From assembly GCA_964016885.1 (NCBI GenBank), contig OZ024762.1, forward strand, positions 25,792,001 through 25,856,000: a DNA stretch of 64,000 bases. The letters run 5' to 3'. The translations under genes were made by a program, and so were the position numbers. Positions 42,145 to 55,800 of the stretch are shown here, in pieces. Within the stretch, counting starts at the first letter, position 1, and each line of letters starts with the position of its first letter. Source of the stretch: Eledone cirrhosa. Its lineage: Eukaryota. The notes below the pieces were generated by a model. It saw only the letters and a list, made by a program, of their open reading frames with translations, was not told where the DNA came from and ran no database searches.

Positions 42145-44412
42145 CTACCACAACACATAGATGACGAGACACAGGCACAGTTCACCATAGCCAGAAATAA
42201 GATTAGACAAATAGTAGACAGGTATACTAAGAGACAAAGCACCAGAGGTCCAACAACTCGGGAGGAAACCTGTAGAAAGCTTGGTTAGCCTCAAGCAGCG
42301 CAAAAGGGATGGTGAGGCAGTATGTCTACCCACGGATAAGTCTGATAGGATGTCAATAGACAGCATGCCGAACTATATCAAGGCTATGCAACACCACATC
42401 ACCAACACGAGCGAAATTGCACAGCAAATATATGAGGGGAGAGAGAAAATCCTCAACGCTCACATGATGATGTGGACCGACATCCTAAAGTCAAGCAGAC
42501 GCACTGCCAACAACTTCCAGGCGTCCAACAATGGCATATCACCCTTGTATGGGCTCCGCAAAAACCATAAGACACGACGACCCGACAACAGGACCACCAA
42601 CAAGACCTGTATGCGGAGCCAAAATAGCTAGCAACTACAGGATCTCCTACTTCCTCTCAATGGTTATACGCCCCATAATCAAGATGTCCACAGATGTATG
42701 TGACAGTACAGAAGACCTTCCCAGCAGAATCAGTGAGTGCAACAAAAATAAAAACCTATCCAACTGCATAATAGGCAGTATGTATGTGGTATCACTGTAC
42801 CCATCCATTAACATTGATTTTGCTGTGGAAAAATGTGTGGAGATGATCATTGAGAGTGAGGTGGAGTTCTGCGACGTCGACACAGACGAACTGGGCCTCC
42901 TACTTAGACTTACCTATGACACTGACTATCTAGACAGCCATGACCTTAGACATTTCTGCCCTAGTAGACCCATAAGAGGTAAACCCCCCCACCATAACCT
43001 CAATGGCAAAAACGACTCCCATGGGAAGGTGAATTAGGTGGACCAAAGCTATACGGACCCCCCAAAACAATGATCAGGTAAGAAAAATGGTCGCACATGC
43101 AATAGGGGCTAGTATCAAAACTACCCTAAAGGGCCACATATTCAAATTCAACGAGAAGATCTACACCCAAAATGCGGGAGCAGCCATTGGCGTCAGCATA
43201 ACTGGTGACGTTGCCAACCTTTTTATGGTATGATGGGAAAGGAGACTTAAAGATCTCCTTGATGAGAGCTCCATAGACCTCATCACGTACTCTCGTTACG
43301 TAAACGACATCAATATAGTAATAAAGACATCCCCACGAGAGAGTACTAAGAAGTTTGATTTAGAACGTAGCACAATGGAAAGCATCCAGCAGATAGCTAA
43401 TTCCATACACCAGTGTATAATTGTAATTATCGACTACCCTTCCAAACACCCTAACAATAGACTACCTGTATTAGACACGGAACTCTGTACTAACACTATA
43501 GACGAGAGAACCCAAATTCTCCACTCACACTACGCTAAACCCATGGCCTCCAAATACCTGATACTCAAAAACTCAGCAATCTCCAGTAGGGCTAAGTTTA
43601 ATATTCTGATCGCAGACATGGTACGAGTGATGAAGAACGTGTCCCGCATGTGCGACCCAACAGAATTAGAAAGACACATCCAACGCTTCATCAACCGCAT
43701 GCAGTTCTCTGGCTACAAACAAAGAGACAGAATCAGAGTATACGAAGGAGCCACGGAGAAGTATAGGACCCTCATAGAACTGGCCATGAAAGGAATTTTC
43801 CCATTATACAGGAGCAAATGATGGAATAGCTTAGATAGGACTAGACACAAGATAGGGAAAGCCACGTCATGGTACGACAACCAGAGATACCAGAGTGTCA
43901 TGTTTGTGGGCGCTACCCCTAGAGGGAAATTAGCTAACCAGTGTAGAAAGGCCCTGAGAAAGACCCACTTAAAAATTAAGGTGGTAGAAAAGCCAGGAAC
44001 CACCATAAAATCCCTGATCAGCAAAACCTAACCTTTTAAGAAAATCCACTGTACTAATAGGAAATGTATTATATGTAAAGAAAAACCCCCGGATAAACTG
44101 TAAAACTAGAAACGTAGTCTATAGCATAAGATTTACAGAGGGTACTTGCAGAAACATGACAACAGCATACATAGGCGAGACAGCTCGTAGCATAGGTGAA
44201 AGGATAGACCAACACTGGAGGGAACTAAAAGGATGAAAAAACGGTTCAGTACTATACGAACATGCCAGACAACAACATGACGGTAACATAGACAACATAG
44301 AAATTAAAATAATATCTAAACATAGAATTGACCCAGCAGATAGGCAAATCAGAGAGGCCTGCGAAATAGAACTTAGAAGGCCAAGGCTAAACAGAAAAAA
44401 TGAATGGAATAA
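42145..44412 (+). pseudogene. PLE RT/GIY-YIG ORF, disrupted
   Basis: Fragments 42281-42631, 42531-43037, 43375-43821 and GIY-YIG at ~44099-44400 with stops and frameshifts. Confidence 0.88.
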
Positions 44413-44612
44413 CAACAACAACCAAACAAACAATACTGACCTAATAGAAGTATAAATAAATTTAAAAAATAAATAAATACATACACAAGCACAATATCAA
44501 CAAACACATATAAACACACACTAGTAAACAAAGATAGAATACAATAACCAATACACAGTCACCCAAACACCATACACACTCGCAAACGCATGCGCAGAGA
44601 AGAAGGCAAACA

Positions 44613-44675
<63 letters not shown>

Positions 44676-44729
44676 ACAGACTAAATAAAGATGGCGTAGG
44701 CATACAATACAACAGGAGGAAACATAATA

Positions 44730-44775
44730 GCACCACTGACGATGTTGCAGATGTGCAACGAAAGAACTTTGTTAG
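44730..44775 (+). ncRNA. Hammerhead motif in PLE pseudo-LTR (mirror copy 41342-41390, minus strand)
   Basis: CA-CTGACGA-T-GTTGCAgatgTGCAAC-GAAA-GAAC-TT^TG; stem I short or eroded; same layout as 40926-40968. Confidence 0.65.
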
Positions 44776-44959
44776 ACTATATATATGTGTTTGTGTCTAT
44801 ATTGTATCTGTATTTTTTACCGTTGGTCAGTCAATGGTAACATTGAGGACCGAATAAATTAAATTAACCGATATTAAAGACACAGAAGCGAAAACCAACC
44901 AAACAGTGAGTGTGTTCTGTTATTAATTCTGGCAATATTATTACACAAATATGACCCTC

Positions 44960-45029
<70 letters not shown>

Positions 45030-45163
45030 GTGAGGTTTTTTTTACAAAATGAAAAATAACCGAGGTGTCCTACACGAGTGAAAGTATAAACAAAAAAAGA
45101 TGAAATCAAAAATGCAACTGGAGTCTTATTTAAAAATATATATATATATATATTTATTTGGTT

Positions 45164-45201
45164 CCTTTACCGGTTTCGCAGTTCTTCTGCCTTTCAAAAA
45201 G
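45164..45201 (-). ncRNA. Minimal hammerhead-like motif (U3-A8, A9G)
   Basis: Minus strand CTTT-TTGAAAG-GCAGaagaaCTGC-GAAA-CCGG-TA^AAGG within a short element between (TA)n tracts. Confidence 0.55.
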
Positions 45202-45239
45202 TAGAGTTGAGATGGAGGGTCTGTGGTTTTTCTCACATC

Positions 45240-45334
<95 letters not shown>

Positions 45335-45349
45335 TATATATATATAAAT

Positions 45350-45597
<248 letters not shown>

Positions 45598-45676
45598 TAT
45601 TACCCACTCTACTACGCTAAGTATTGAGTACTTTGGTGCGTTATGGTCCACCTGGTTCTTTACCACATTTCCTTCG

Positions 45677-45728
<52 letters not shown>

Positions 45729-45899
45729 ATCTATCTATATATATATATATATACATATACATTCCCATGTTGTGTATGGCAACTGATAAACAATGCCAAT
45801 CTCCGTCTCACAATCTAGAACCACCAAATTGCTCAAGTTTACGGAAATTGTATATTTTGGTCACAAGCTATCATCAGACAACAATGGAATGGTCACTGC

Positions 45900-46570
45900 G
45901 GTGTATCGCATCGCTCTGGGTAGGACAGCTTTCAAAAAGAACAAAGAAGTGATAACCTCAAAATGAGTTCCTCATCATTTGAAGGCTAAGATCTTCGATA
46001 GTTACATCCTACCAGTTGTGTTATATGATCTTAATTGTGCTAACTGGACGACAAGGTCGCTTCACAAGCTCTCGATATTCCAGAACCACATCATGAGACT
46101 TATGACTAACACACGACTCACCAACCATATCTCTATCAATGAGCTACTCAACATTACCCTGCTTTAACCAATCACATCCGTTATCTAGTCATGAGTACTT
46201 AAACTGTGTCATATCAAATGATCAACTCGTGGTGTGGATAGGTTATGCCTAGAAGGAAAGTTATCCGGTAAAAGAAGCATAGGTCGGCAGCCAAAACGCT
46301 GACTTGGTAATATCAACTTATGGACTGGACTGGACTTGACCATTGCTCTTTAAACTCTGCTGTTGTTGATCGAACTTTGTGGCGAAGAATATCTCGTGTT
46401 GATGCCCAGTCTTCAACTGGCGGAGTTTAGCGGCTAGGAGGGGTGCCGCAAATTATGGACTGGACTGGACTTGACCTTTGCTCTTTAAACTCTGCTGTTG
46501 GTGATTGACCTTTATGGAGAAGAATATCTCGTGTTGATACGCACTCTTCAACTGGCGGAATGAACGTCTA
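45900..46570 (+). mobile_element. Decayed RTE-like LINE 3' fragment
   Basis: KAKIFDSYILPVVLY and LEGK..GKRSIGRQPKR motifs; 3' ~115-bp tandem duplication (46318/46453). Confidence 0.65.
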
Positions 46571-48885
46571 GGAATCTATTCACACAGATACCATAGACTT
46601 TGTTCACGGGTCAGAACAGTACAATAATATCGCACAATGATTGATTTTTATGATTTCTGCTAATTATGAAGTTAGTCTTCAATATTACCATGACAACAAG
46701 ATAAATTAGAAAAAAAAAAAAAGAAAATATCGGTAAAATCTAAAACATTGGCTTGATGGAATAACTCAGCTCATCATCAAGGATTAATGGGCGAATAGCT
46801 TGCCGTAGAGAACAGCCAGCATTATCCACTGCATCGGTCATTCCACTGTGCAGAACACTTTCCTCATGCGCATGATGCTCACTTCTCCATTCGGTGCAGA
46901 GAAATAGTAGTCTCGTGCAGCGAACTCATCGGAGGTCTCAATAGCTTATGATAGATTTGAACGCTCGATCATAGAACCAATCATTTGATACGGGTCAGAC
47001 GCCATTCTCGATATCTTTAATAGGTTTATGAATATTCAAACATATCGTTTTGCTATGTCGCTTGATTGATTTATGCGATACGATTTCAGGAAATCATGAA
47101 TTTAAGAAGATTCAAGAAAAAAAATATATTTAAAGTTCGATTATGTTAAATCATTCCATCAAACTGAAAAAAAAATTAATTTAAAAAATGTTTTCAAATA
47201 AAATTTTTAGATTTAGGTTTTTTTTTTAATTGAAATTCATTTAGTATTTTCATGCCAAACCGACTGAATCATAAAGTTTTGATAATGATTTTTGCTTAAT
47301 TTATGAAACGTTTTTCTAATCTAAGTACAACAAAAATTATAGAAAATATGATAATTTCAAAACAGCTAAGAAACAGACAAAAATAATGTTGATTGAAGAA
47401 ATTTGTGCGTAAGATGGAGAGGGTGGGAGGGCTAAAAACATTACGGTTGAGTGATTGAGAAGCCAACTAATGTATGACAGACCAGTGAAGTTAATTAGCG
47501 TCAAATAATTTGCGAGGTGTTTGTTAGATGATGGCTGGCACAAGAGACTAAAACAAGAAAACAAGAAGAGCCCCTCTCGTGAAAACAAAGGGCAAAAAAA
47601 TTTTTTATGTAAAATTAAATGGTAGCGAATGGCGGGAAGCTGTTTCAGTGATTTGCATTCTAAGTAAATATTCAGAAGAAGAAACCTTAGTAATAAACGT
47701 CTCCACTAATGTTCTTTGAAGCAATAAAAAAAAATTATACTAAACGAAGCAAAGCCCACATCTTTATAACCTTCTAAACCTAGGTAACCAAATTGGTGAA
47801 GTTACAAGAAAAAACCAAATATATTTTAAATAATATTTAAGGAACTCTGAAATTTTGATTACTTTCAAATTTAAGAATTTTTATTAAATTTCGAAATATT
47901 TTCTTTCTTTCTCTTCTTTTTTTTTTCTGGCTGTCATTTAAATAATTTTTGTATTTTCATTTATATATTTATTTATTATCTATTTTTTTTTTGTTCTATT
48001 TATTTTTTTTTTATTTTTTTGTTTTACTTTTTGCTGAATGAAGGCATTCTGTGTTAAGATCTTTGATCAACGGATTAAAAGCCATTACAGAAGCTAAATT
48101 ATTTATTTTTTTCTATAGATTATGGCTTCAGATAATTCTGTCAGAACTCTCTGTGGCTTTTAACATTTTAAAGCGTAAAATTGGTGTCGCTATTCGCTCC
48201 GATGTTCTAAGCTCTAAATTCAAATCCCGCTGAGTTCAGCGATTATTATTTTCGTTTCGTTTCGTTTTTATTTTAATATTTCATGAGTCGATAGATAAAT
48301 CACCGGTCAAGTATTTCTGAGGGGAAGTGGTGGTGGGGCGTCTGAGATCGATTGACAAGATCTGACCTTGTTCGCTTATCGTATGTGGCTGGAACCCATC
48401 AAATCGGACCAAGGTAACACTGTTTCCATTGGTCTTTCCACTGCTGATACTATATACCAGGCCCGACTCCTGACAATGTGAAATAAAAAATCTTGCTCAA
48501 AGACATAATGAATTTCAAGGTCTGGGAATCGAACTGGCAGCCTCCTAATTGCGCATCCAACTCTCTAGCCACGCTTAGAGTACTCCTCAAGTTGTTCATA
48601 GTCAAAGAAAAATTTACAATAACGGAACCTCAAATCCTTGTGATTAACGTTAGTTTTCGAAGCTTATTTTGGTAGGTCCTCCGTCGATGTCAACGCTGAG
48701 CATGCTGTTATTTCGATATCAAATGAATGTCCAACTCATGGATAAAAAGGTAAGTGGTCAACTCTCTCACAGACACCTGTTGTAAACTTAGTGTGATATC
48801 CAGCTCGTATCACCGTGAGGTAATATCTGACAACATTGGACCAGTGGATTATAGGAACGAGGGTCAGCTGAAAGGTTCATAGTTT

Positions 48886-49520
48886 GACCAGGATACTCTC
48901 ATGGAATTACCAAATGAGGTATATTTTTCAACATAGCTCCTGGATAGAAACAATGCAGTTATTTAATAAGAGTTGAAATTAATGCAAGATTTCACAGCTC
49001 TAGCATCACTCCTTCATAATCAACCTTTCAGTTGACACTCATACATATAATTCTGACCAAGATACTCTCGTGGAATGACCAAATGAGATTTATTTTTCAA
49101 TAACGTCCCTGGTAAGAAACAATGCAGTTATTGAGAATAAGAGTTGAAATTAATTGATGTAAGATTTCATAGCTCTAGCATCATTCTTTCATAGGCTGAC
49201 CAAGATACTCTCATAGAATGACCAAATGAGGTTTATTTTTCAACATAGATTTTGGAAAGAAACAATGCAGTTATTGATAAGAAGAATTGAAATTAATGCA
49301 TGCTAGATTTCACAGCTCTAGGATCACTCCTTCATAGGTTGACCAAGATACTCTCATAGAATGACCAAATGAGGTTTATTTTTCAACATAGATTTTGGAA
49401 AGAAACAATGCAGTTATTGATAAGAAGAATTGAAATTAATGCATGCTAGATTTCACAGCTCTAGGATCACTCCTTCATAGGTTGACCAAGATACTCTCAT
49501 AGAATGACCAAATGAGGTTT
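48886..49520. repeat. ~143-bp tandem repeat, ~4.3 copies
   Basis: TGACCA(A/G)GATACTCTC recurs at ~48886, 49054, 49197, 49340, 49483. Confidence 0.9.
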
Positions 49521-49524
49521 AATC

Positions 49525-49888
49525 GATAACCCTGCCCTACAGATTGCTGGCCTTGTGCCTAAATCAGAACCATTATTATTATTATTATTAATAAGGGCGG
49601 TGAATTGGCAGTATCGGTAGAGGGTTGGACGCCATGCTTTCCAGCATAGTTACGTCCCTTTACGATCTGAGTTCAATTCCCGCCGAGGTTAACTTTGCCT
49701 TTCATCCTTACGGGGTCGATAATATAAAGTACCAGTAATGTACTGGGATAATTGCTGGCCTTATGCCTAAAGTAGAAACAATTATTATTATTATTAATAG
49801 GCAGTGGGTCGATAGAATAAAGTACCAGTAATGCATTGGGTAATTGCTGGCCTTGTGCCAAAAGTAGAAACAATTATTATTATTATTA
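49525..49888 (+). mobile_element. SINE cluster (3' end + full copy 49595-49780 + 3' fragment) in (ATT)n
   Basis: Same SINE consensus, each copy ending GAAAC/GAACC(ATT)n. Confidence 0.88.
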
Positions 49889-50415
49889 ATACTTTATTAT
49901 TATTTGCCTGGAAGCCATGCTTTTTACTGCGAATATGTAAAAAGTATGGCACAACCACTAGGTACTACAACAACAGGAACAACAACAGAATGAAAGAAAG
50001 AGCAAGAAGAAGAAGAATGGTAACAGTAATAGTAACACTAACACTACTACTACCAGTAAAAATAATAATAATAACATGATAATAAACACAATGATGATGA
50101 TGACGACAATGCTGATGATAATGATGTTGGTGATGGTGGTGATGATGATGATGATGATGTTGGTGATGATGATGATGTTGGTGATGGTGATGATGATGAT
50201 GTTGGTGATGGTGATGACTATTAGGCTGGGAATAACAAGTACCTTAACGAAAGTATATTGTATCTACGCTTTGTGCCAGAGTTGTTTATGCTTTAGCCTC
50301 AAAGTGATGCCTAAAGCTTGCTATAAATACATATATGTGTGTATATATATATAGGTGTGTATGTGTGTATATATATGTGTGCGTATATATATATGTGTGT
50401 GTGTGTGTGCATATA

Positions 50416-50507
<92 letters not shown>

Positions 50508-50559
50508 CATATATATATATGTATATCTGTATATATATATAAAATTAAGTATATGTGTG

Positions 50560-51161
50560 TGTGTGTCTGTATATTACCTATAGGGTCCTACATCTTACAA
50601 CCGATTTTCATGAAACTTTACAGGCTCATTGATTAGTAATCGGGGAGTGTTTTCTATATATCAGCGTATTGTTTTATTTTATTCCGGGTTCATTCTGCAG
50701 ATAAAAATCGATAGGGTGGTCACTTTTTTTAGGTACCTAAAAATAAGATTTTGGGCTCTAGCTCCCACATTAATCAACCTACTTTGTTCAAATTTTACAC
50801 TCCGCTAGATCTGATTATTTCACGTCTTAAAGTGGCTTTAGATGTCTGATATTTTGTTCAGGAACGACCTGGCAGCCGCTTAAATACTCGAAAATACGAC
50901 CTTTTCGCTCAAATTTACGCCTTTTCGGCTCTAGCTCCCACATTTTTCAAGCGATTTCGTTCAAATTCGAAACTCCCTCTCCCTGCATGCTCCTTCGTCA
51001 GTCATCCGCGTTTCTCAGTGATAGAGCTCATCACCACCCTGCCCCGCATGACCTGTGTGTGGCCATAGATGTCATCGAGAAGCAGTCGCTAAGATCAACA
51101 CCTTTTCATCAAAGCATATATCATTTTACCTACCCAGGCATGGCTGGGTACTGCTGGTAGT
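50560..51161 (+). mobile_element. Non-autonomous Helitron-like element
   Basis: Internal AACCGATTTTCATGAAACTT-type repeats; 3' hairpin TACCCAG..CTGGGTA followed by GTAG|T. Confidence 0.6.
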
Positions 51162-51199
51162 GTATATATATATATATATATAAATATATAAATATATAT

Positions 51200-51252
<53 letters not shown>

Positions 51253-51337
51253 GGTATATGTATAGAGAGAATTACATCTATTTCAATTTTCTCTCAGTCA
51301 TTCACATACACATATATATATATTTGTATGTCTCCTG

Positions 51338-51384
<47 letters not shown>

Positions 51385-51413
51385 CCCTCTCCCTCTCTCT
51401 CTCTCTCTCTCTC

Positions 51414-51461
<48 letters not shown>

Positions 51462-51465
<4 letters not shown>

Positions 51466-51660
51466 ACCAGAAGTACCCGGCGTTGTCCGGGTGTAAGTCG
51501 ACGTTTGCTCTGTTGTTAAAATGTGTGAAAGTTACTTCCCGCGCATCACAAATTAAAATTAAGAACTAAAAATTAAAATTAAAATTAAAAGTTTATTTCA
51601 CTCTGTGCTTTTAATTTTCATTTTAATTTTTAGTTCTTAATTTTAATTTTAATCTTGATT
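51462..51660 (-). mobile_element. Helitron-like 3' end with AT-rich internal hairpin
   Basis: Minus strand ACCCGGacaacgCCGGGT-ACTTCTGGTGGT; inverted repeat 51551-51648. Confidence 0.5.
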
Positions 51661-51804
51661 TGAATTATTGTACAATTCTCGTATAATATATGTCGCATCC
51701 ATTCCACCCTGTAAACATGAAACTGTTGTCCACAACATCAATATATATGTATCTGTATGATTCTTATGTTGAATAGGAGGTTAATTATATGTACAAACAT
51801 TGAT

Positions 51805-51857
51805 AATGCTCCGAGGAATGCCAAGCTTAAGTTTGGAAGAAACAATTGTCAGCGATT
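51805..51857 (+). ncRNA. Type I hammerhead motif, family C copy (element ~51690-52040)
   Basis: AATGCT-CCGAGGA-atgCCAAGCttaaGTTTGGaa-GAAA-CAATTG-TC^AGCgATT; downstream sequence matches 32700-32880. Confidence 0.65.
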
Positions 51858-52587
51858 AAATGATTTAAACATAACTTTGATACTTGTGTATTCTATATTA
51901 CTGCTCTGTAAAACAACTGATGTTCTTACATTGAGCTATTTCTCTTACTGGTAATAAGGTAGTAATAAATGACTGACCTTCCCTGTTTATAGTTGTTTAT
52001 AGTATAGTATATACATAACTATAAATAATATCTTTAATATTATATATATATATATATACGTATACATAGGACAACGACTATTAGTTGTTACTACACCAAG
52101 TATAAAGGTTGAATCCTGTCATAATTCATATAATGTGATCACCATTAGTTTCAACCGGCTTCAACTGATTTCAATTGGTTTCATCAATTATTTAACACCC
52201 TGCTAGTAATATATCTCTTTTAACAATAACATTCCCCTTATGAAAGACCTTCCATTATAATGATGACCGTATGCCGTATGCTCTTGCTTAATATTCATTG
52301 CCCACTTAGTTTCAACTAAGATTATAAATTATGACTTATGCTTTTGATAGGTCTCTTCTCATCTCATATCAGTCAGATAGTGACTCTCTGTGTATGTGTG
52401 CCTGTATGTGTGTATGTTTGTGTGTGTGTATGTTTATGTGTGTGTGTGTGTCTGCATGCATGTGGGTATGTCTGTATGCGTGTATGTTTGTGTCTGTGTA
52501 TATTTGTGTGTGTGTGTGTGTGTGTGTCTGCATGCATGTGTGTATGTCTGAATGTGTGTATGTTTGTGTGTGTGTATATTTGTGTGT

Positions 52588-52619
<32 letters not shown>

Positions 52620-52896
52620 CTGCATGCATGTGTGTATATCTGTATGTGTGTATGTCTGTGTATGTGTATATTTGTATGTGTATCTCAGTTTGCATGTGTG
52701 TGTGTCTGTCTGTATGTCTATATGTATGCGTATGTATGTATGTACGTATGTCTGTATGTGTGTATGTCTTTATGTGTGTGTCTGTATGTGTGTGTCTGTA
52801 TGTATGTATGCGTGTATGTATGTATGTATGTATGTATGTCTGTCTGTCTGTATGTATGTATGTGTGTGTATGTCTGTATGTCTGTATGGGTGTATG

Positions 52897-55800
52897 TTTT
52901 CTCTTTCTCTTAATTTTGAGTATATTTTTTGACCGGCCACCTTCCTGGTGGCAAGGTTGTAAAAGAAAAGAAATTGTCATCCCTTGAATCGCAAGAATGT
53001 TTTGCAAATTTTGAAGGTGCCAACTATCGCAGCCGTTTGTAGACTATGAATTAGGGAGCTGCGCTTTTTGTCCGCAAATCCAAGTTCAGTCATACTTTGG
53101 TCCAAGCGGGTTGGTATATAACCCGTAGCACCAATAATGATGGGTATGAAGCTAAAGGTGTATCTTGGATACTGGATTTGTAAACTCCTCATCAATGGTC
53201 CGTAGATGTCCTCCTTCTCCTGTATTTTTCTGACAACGTTTACATCAAGTGGGCAGCTGATCTCCACAACAGAACACGTTTTCAATGTGTGGTCCCAAAC
53301 TACAATATCAGGCCGGTTGTGCTTTAATTTGGTGGCAGTTTTTATTTTCAGGTTCCACCAGTATTCCTTAGTGCCATCTGTCTCAATATATTCTTCCTCG
53401 TTTGTTGTTGATTTTGTTTTCCGAAGTGCGTTCCAGATGGTTCTAGCTATCCCATCGTGTCTCATGGGGAGGTAGTAGCGAGATGACATTCTTTCGCAGC
53501 TGGCAACAATGTGGCTTACATCCTCGATCTTTGTTTTACATAGCCTACATTTATTGTCAGCTGCTGGCCCTCCTCTTTTGTGCAGCAGATATTTGGTAGG
53601 GAGTTCTTGTTCCTGTATTGCATAGAGATATCCCTCAAGGTGTGATGTCATAAACTTGTCGGAACTCCATGCCAGGCTTTTTGAGTGGTTTATCCCCTCT
53701 ATGGTCTGTGTTTTACGCCTCAAGTATCCATGCACAACTTTTTCTGTAAATTGGTCAATTTTTTTTTCTTGTTTGAACATTGAATAGGATCTTCCGATTT
53801 CTCTGGGTGAGAGATTTATATCGGGCTTTATTACATATCTCTCCTCCAGATCAGTCGCTATTCTAATGATATTTCTTTTTTCATGGTCATAAACCTGGGC
53901 AAGATGGTTGCCAACCTTTTTCCTCTGTTGAAGGTGTTGCTTCAGTGTCACTATCCGGGTCTCATATGTTGTTAATATTGATTTTAGACCCCGGCCACCT
54001 TCCTTGCGTGAGAAGTATAGCCTATCCACATCACCATTGATGTTAAAGTTCCCAGTAACACTGAGAAGTTTTCGAGTTCTAACATCCATCTCACTTAGTT
54101 CTTGCAATGACCAGTTCAGTAGGCCAAATGTTGGCGTTAGAATTGGCACAGCATAAGTATTGTGGGCAATGTATTTGTTGTATGCTGACAGTTCTGATGA
54201 CCATATTTTCTTTACTCTTCTGAGGTATTCAGTTCTGGTTCTCTCCTTATTTATGGGTCCATCATATCTGACATTCTCATCCTGTCCAAGATATCTGTAG
54301 TTGTCACCTGACTGCAGAGGTTGTATTGTCAGGCCGTTCATCTCTAGATTTCTAGAGGAGGGCACAGCTCTTCCACGTTTTACTGCCAAATATGCACACT
54401 TGGACTCACCAAATTTCATTTTGATGTCGGTTGAAAATTGTGTAATGAGGTCCAATTGTTTCTTGATGTCATTGATATTTGGCCCATACAACTTCAGGTC
54501 ATCAACAAAGAAAAGATGGGAGATACTTCTGGTCCCACTTCTTTGTCGACCTTGTTTCCTGAGTAGGTAAGATAGTGGATTCAGTGAGAGAACGAAGAGT
54601 AGCACTGACAAGCTATCACCCTGAAAGATGCCCTTCTGGTAATGTATCTTATCAGTCTTAACCTGCTCCTTCTCACCTCTAAGGATCAAACTGGTGTACC
54701 AGTTCTTGGTCAGGCGTTCAACAGCAGCTACCAATGGTTGTGGGACTTTAGCTAACTGTAAAGCCTTAACAATCCACCCATGAGGTACACTATCAAATGC
54801 TTTTTGATAGTCCAGCCACACGACAGTCATGTTTCTGCGATTCTTTGTTGTTTTTTCCTGAATCATTTTGTTAGTTAGTAGGTGATCTATGCAACCCCAC
54901 ACCTCCCTCTTTCCACCAGCTTGCTCAGGTGTTATGATGTTGTTGGTAGCACAGTGATCCTGTAAGAACAGGTTAAGGCACCCAGTATATAATTTATACA
55001 TGATGTTTTGGCAGGCAATTGGGCGGTAATTTTTAGCAAGGGTGGTTTGGCTATTTTGGGGAATGAGGAGAGTAGAGGCAGTTGATAACCATCTGGACAG
55101 TTCTTGTGTGCCCTTAATGGTTTCTGTAAACAGCCGTATGAGATCTTGCCGATAGAAAGTGAAATTCTTCAACCAGTATCCTGTAATGAGGTCTGGGCCT
55201 GGCGATTTCCTATTCGACATTTTCTGTAGAGCTGTTTCCAGTATTGACCCATCTATGTCATATTGTTTTGTCTGGACATGTTGGCAGTAGTCCTGTTCCA
55301 GTTCTTTTAGCCAATTAGCTTGTCTGTTGAATCCGTCATCCGTTTCCCATACAGATCTCCAGTAGCTCTCAACCTGTTCTTTTGAAGGGGTCATTTACAG
55401 AGATTGAGCTTTTGCCACCGAAGCTGCGATAAACTGATTTAGGATCTCTGGCAAACAATCTATTTAGCACTTGTCGTTTATGTGCTGTTGACTTATATTT
55501 TAGTCTTTCTGTTGTAGCTGTGAGTTGTTGTTTCAACTGGTGTAATTTGGAGTTCAAAGTTTTAAATTTTGTATCTCCAAATCTTCTCTCTAACTTTTTC
55601 TTTAGGTCTTCCTGGTGTTGTGTGAAGTTGCTCTCTATGTTGCATTTCATAACGACTGCGATGTGTGAGATACTTCGTCTCAGGGACAAAATTTTGGTTT
55701 TTAAATTTCGCATCCACGCTGGTTCAGGCTTTCTGTTTGTATCTTGATTGCGTGGTTTTAGATGTGTGTTATATGCTAGCAATGTGACAGCTGAAACATA

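Larger units (their letters stand above)
41100..44962 (+). mobile_element. Penelope-like element (RT + GIY-YIG endonuclease) with ~1-kb inverted pseudo-LTR
   Basis: RT motifs (SLYPSI, GAAIGVSI.GDVANLFM, YSRYVNDI, LPVLDT) and GIY-YIG CKTRNVVYSI...YIGETARSIGERI; 41157-42148 is the reverse complement of ~43941-44962. Confidence 0.92.

Noticed and set aside
48886-49520. 143-bp repeat as a ribozyme-bearing satellite
   Set aside because: No CTGANGA/GAAA core with supporting stems was found on either strand.
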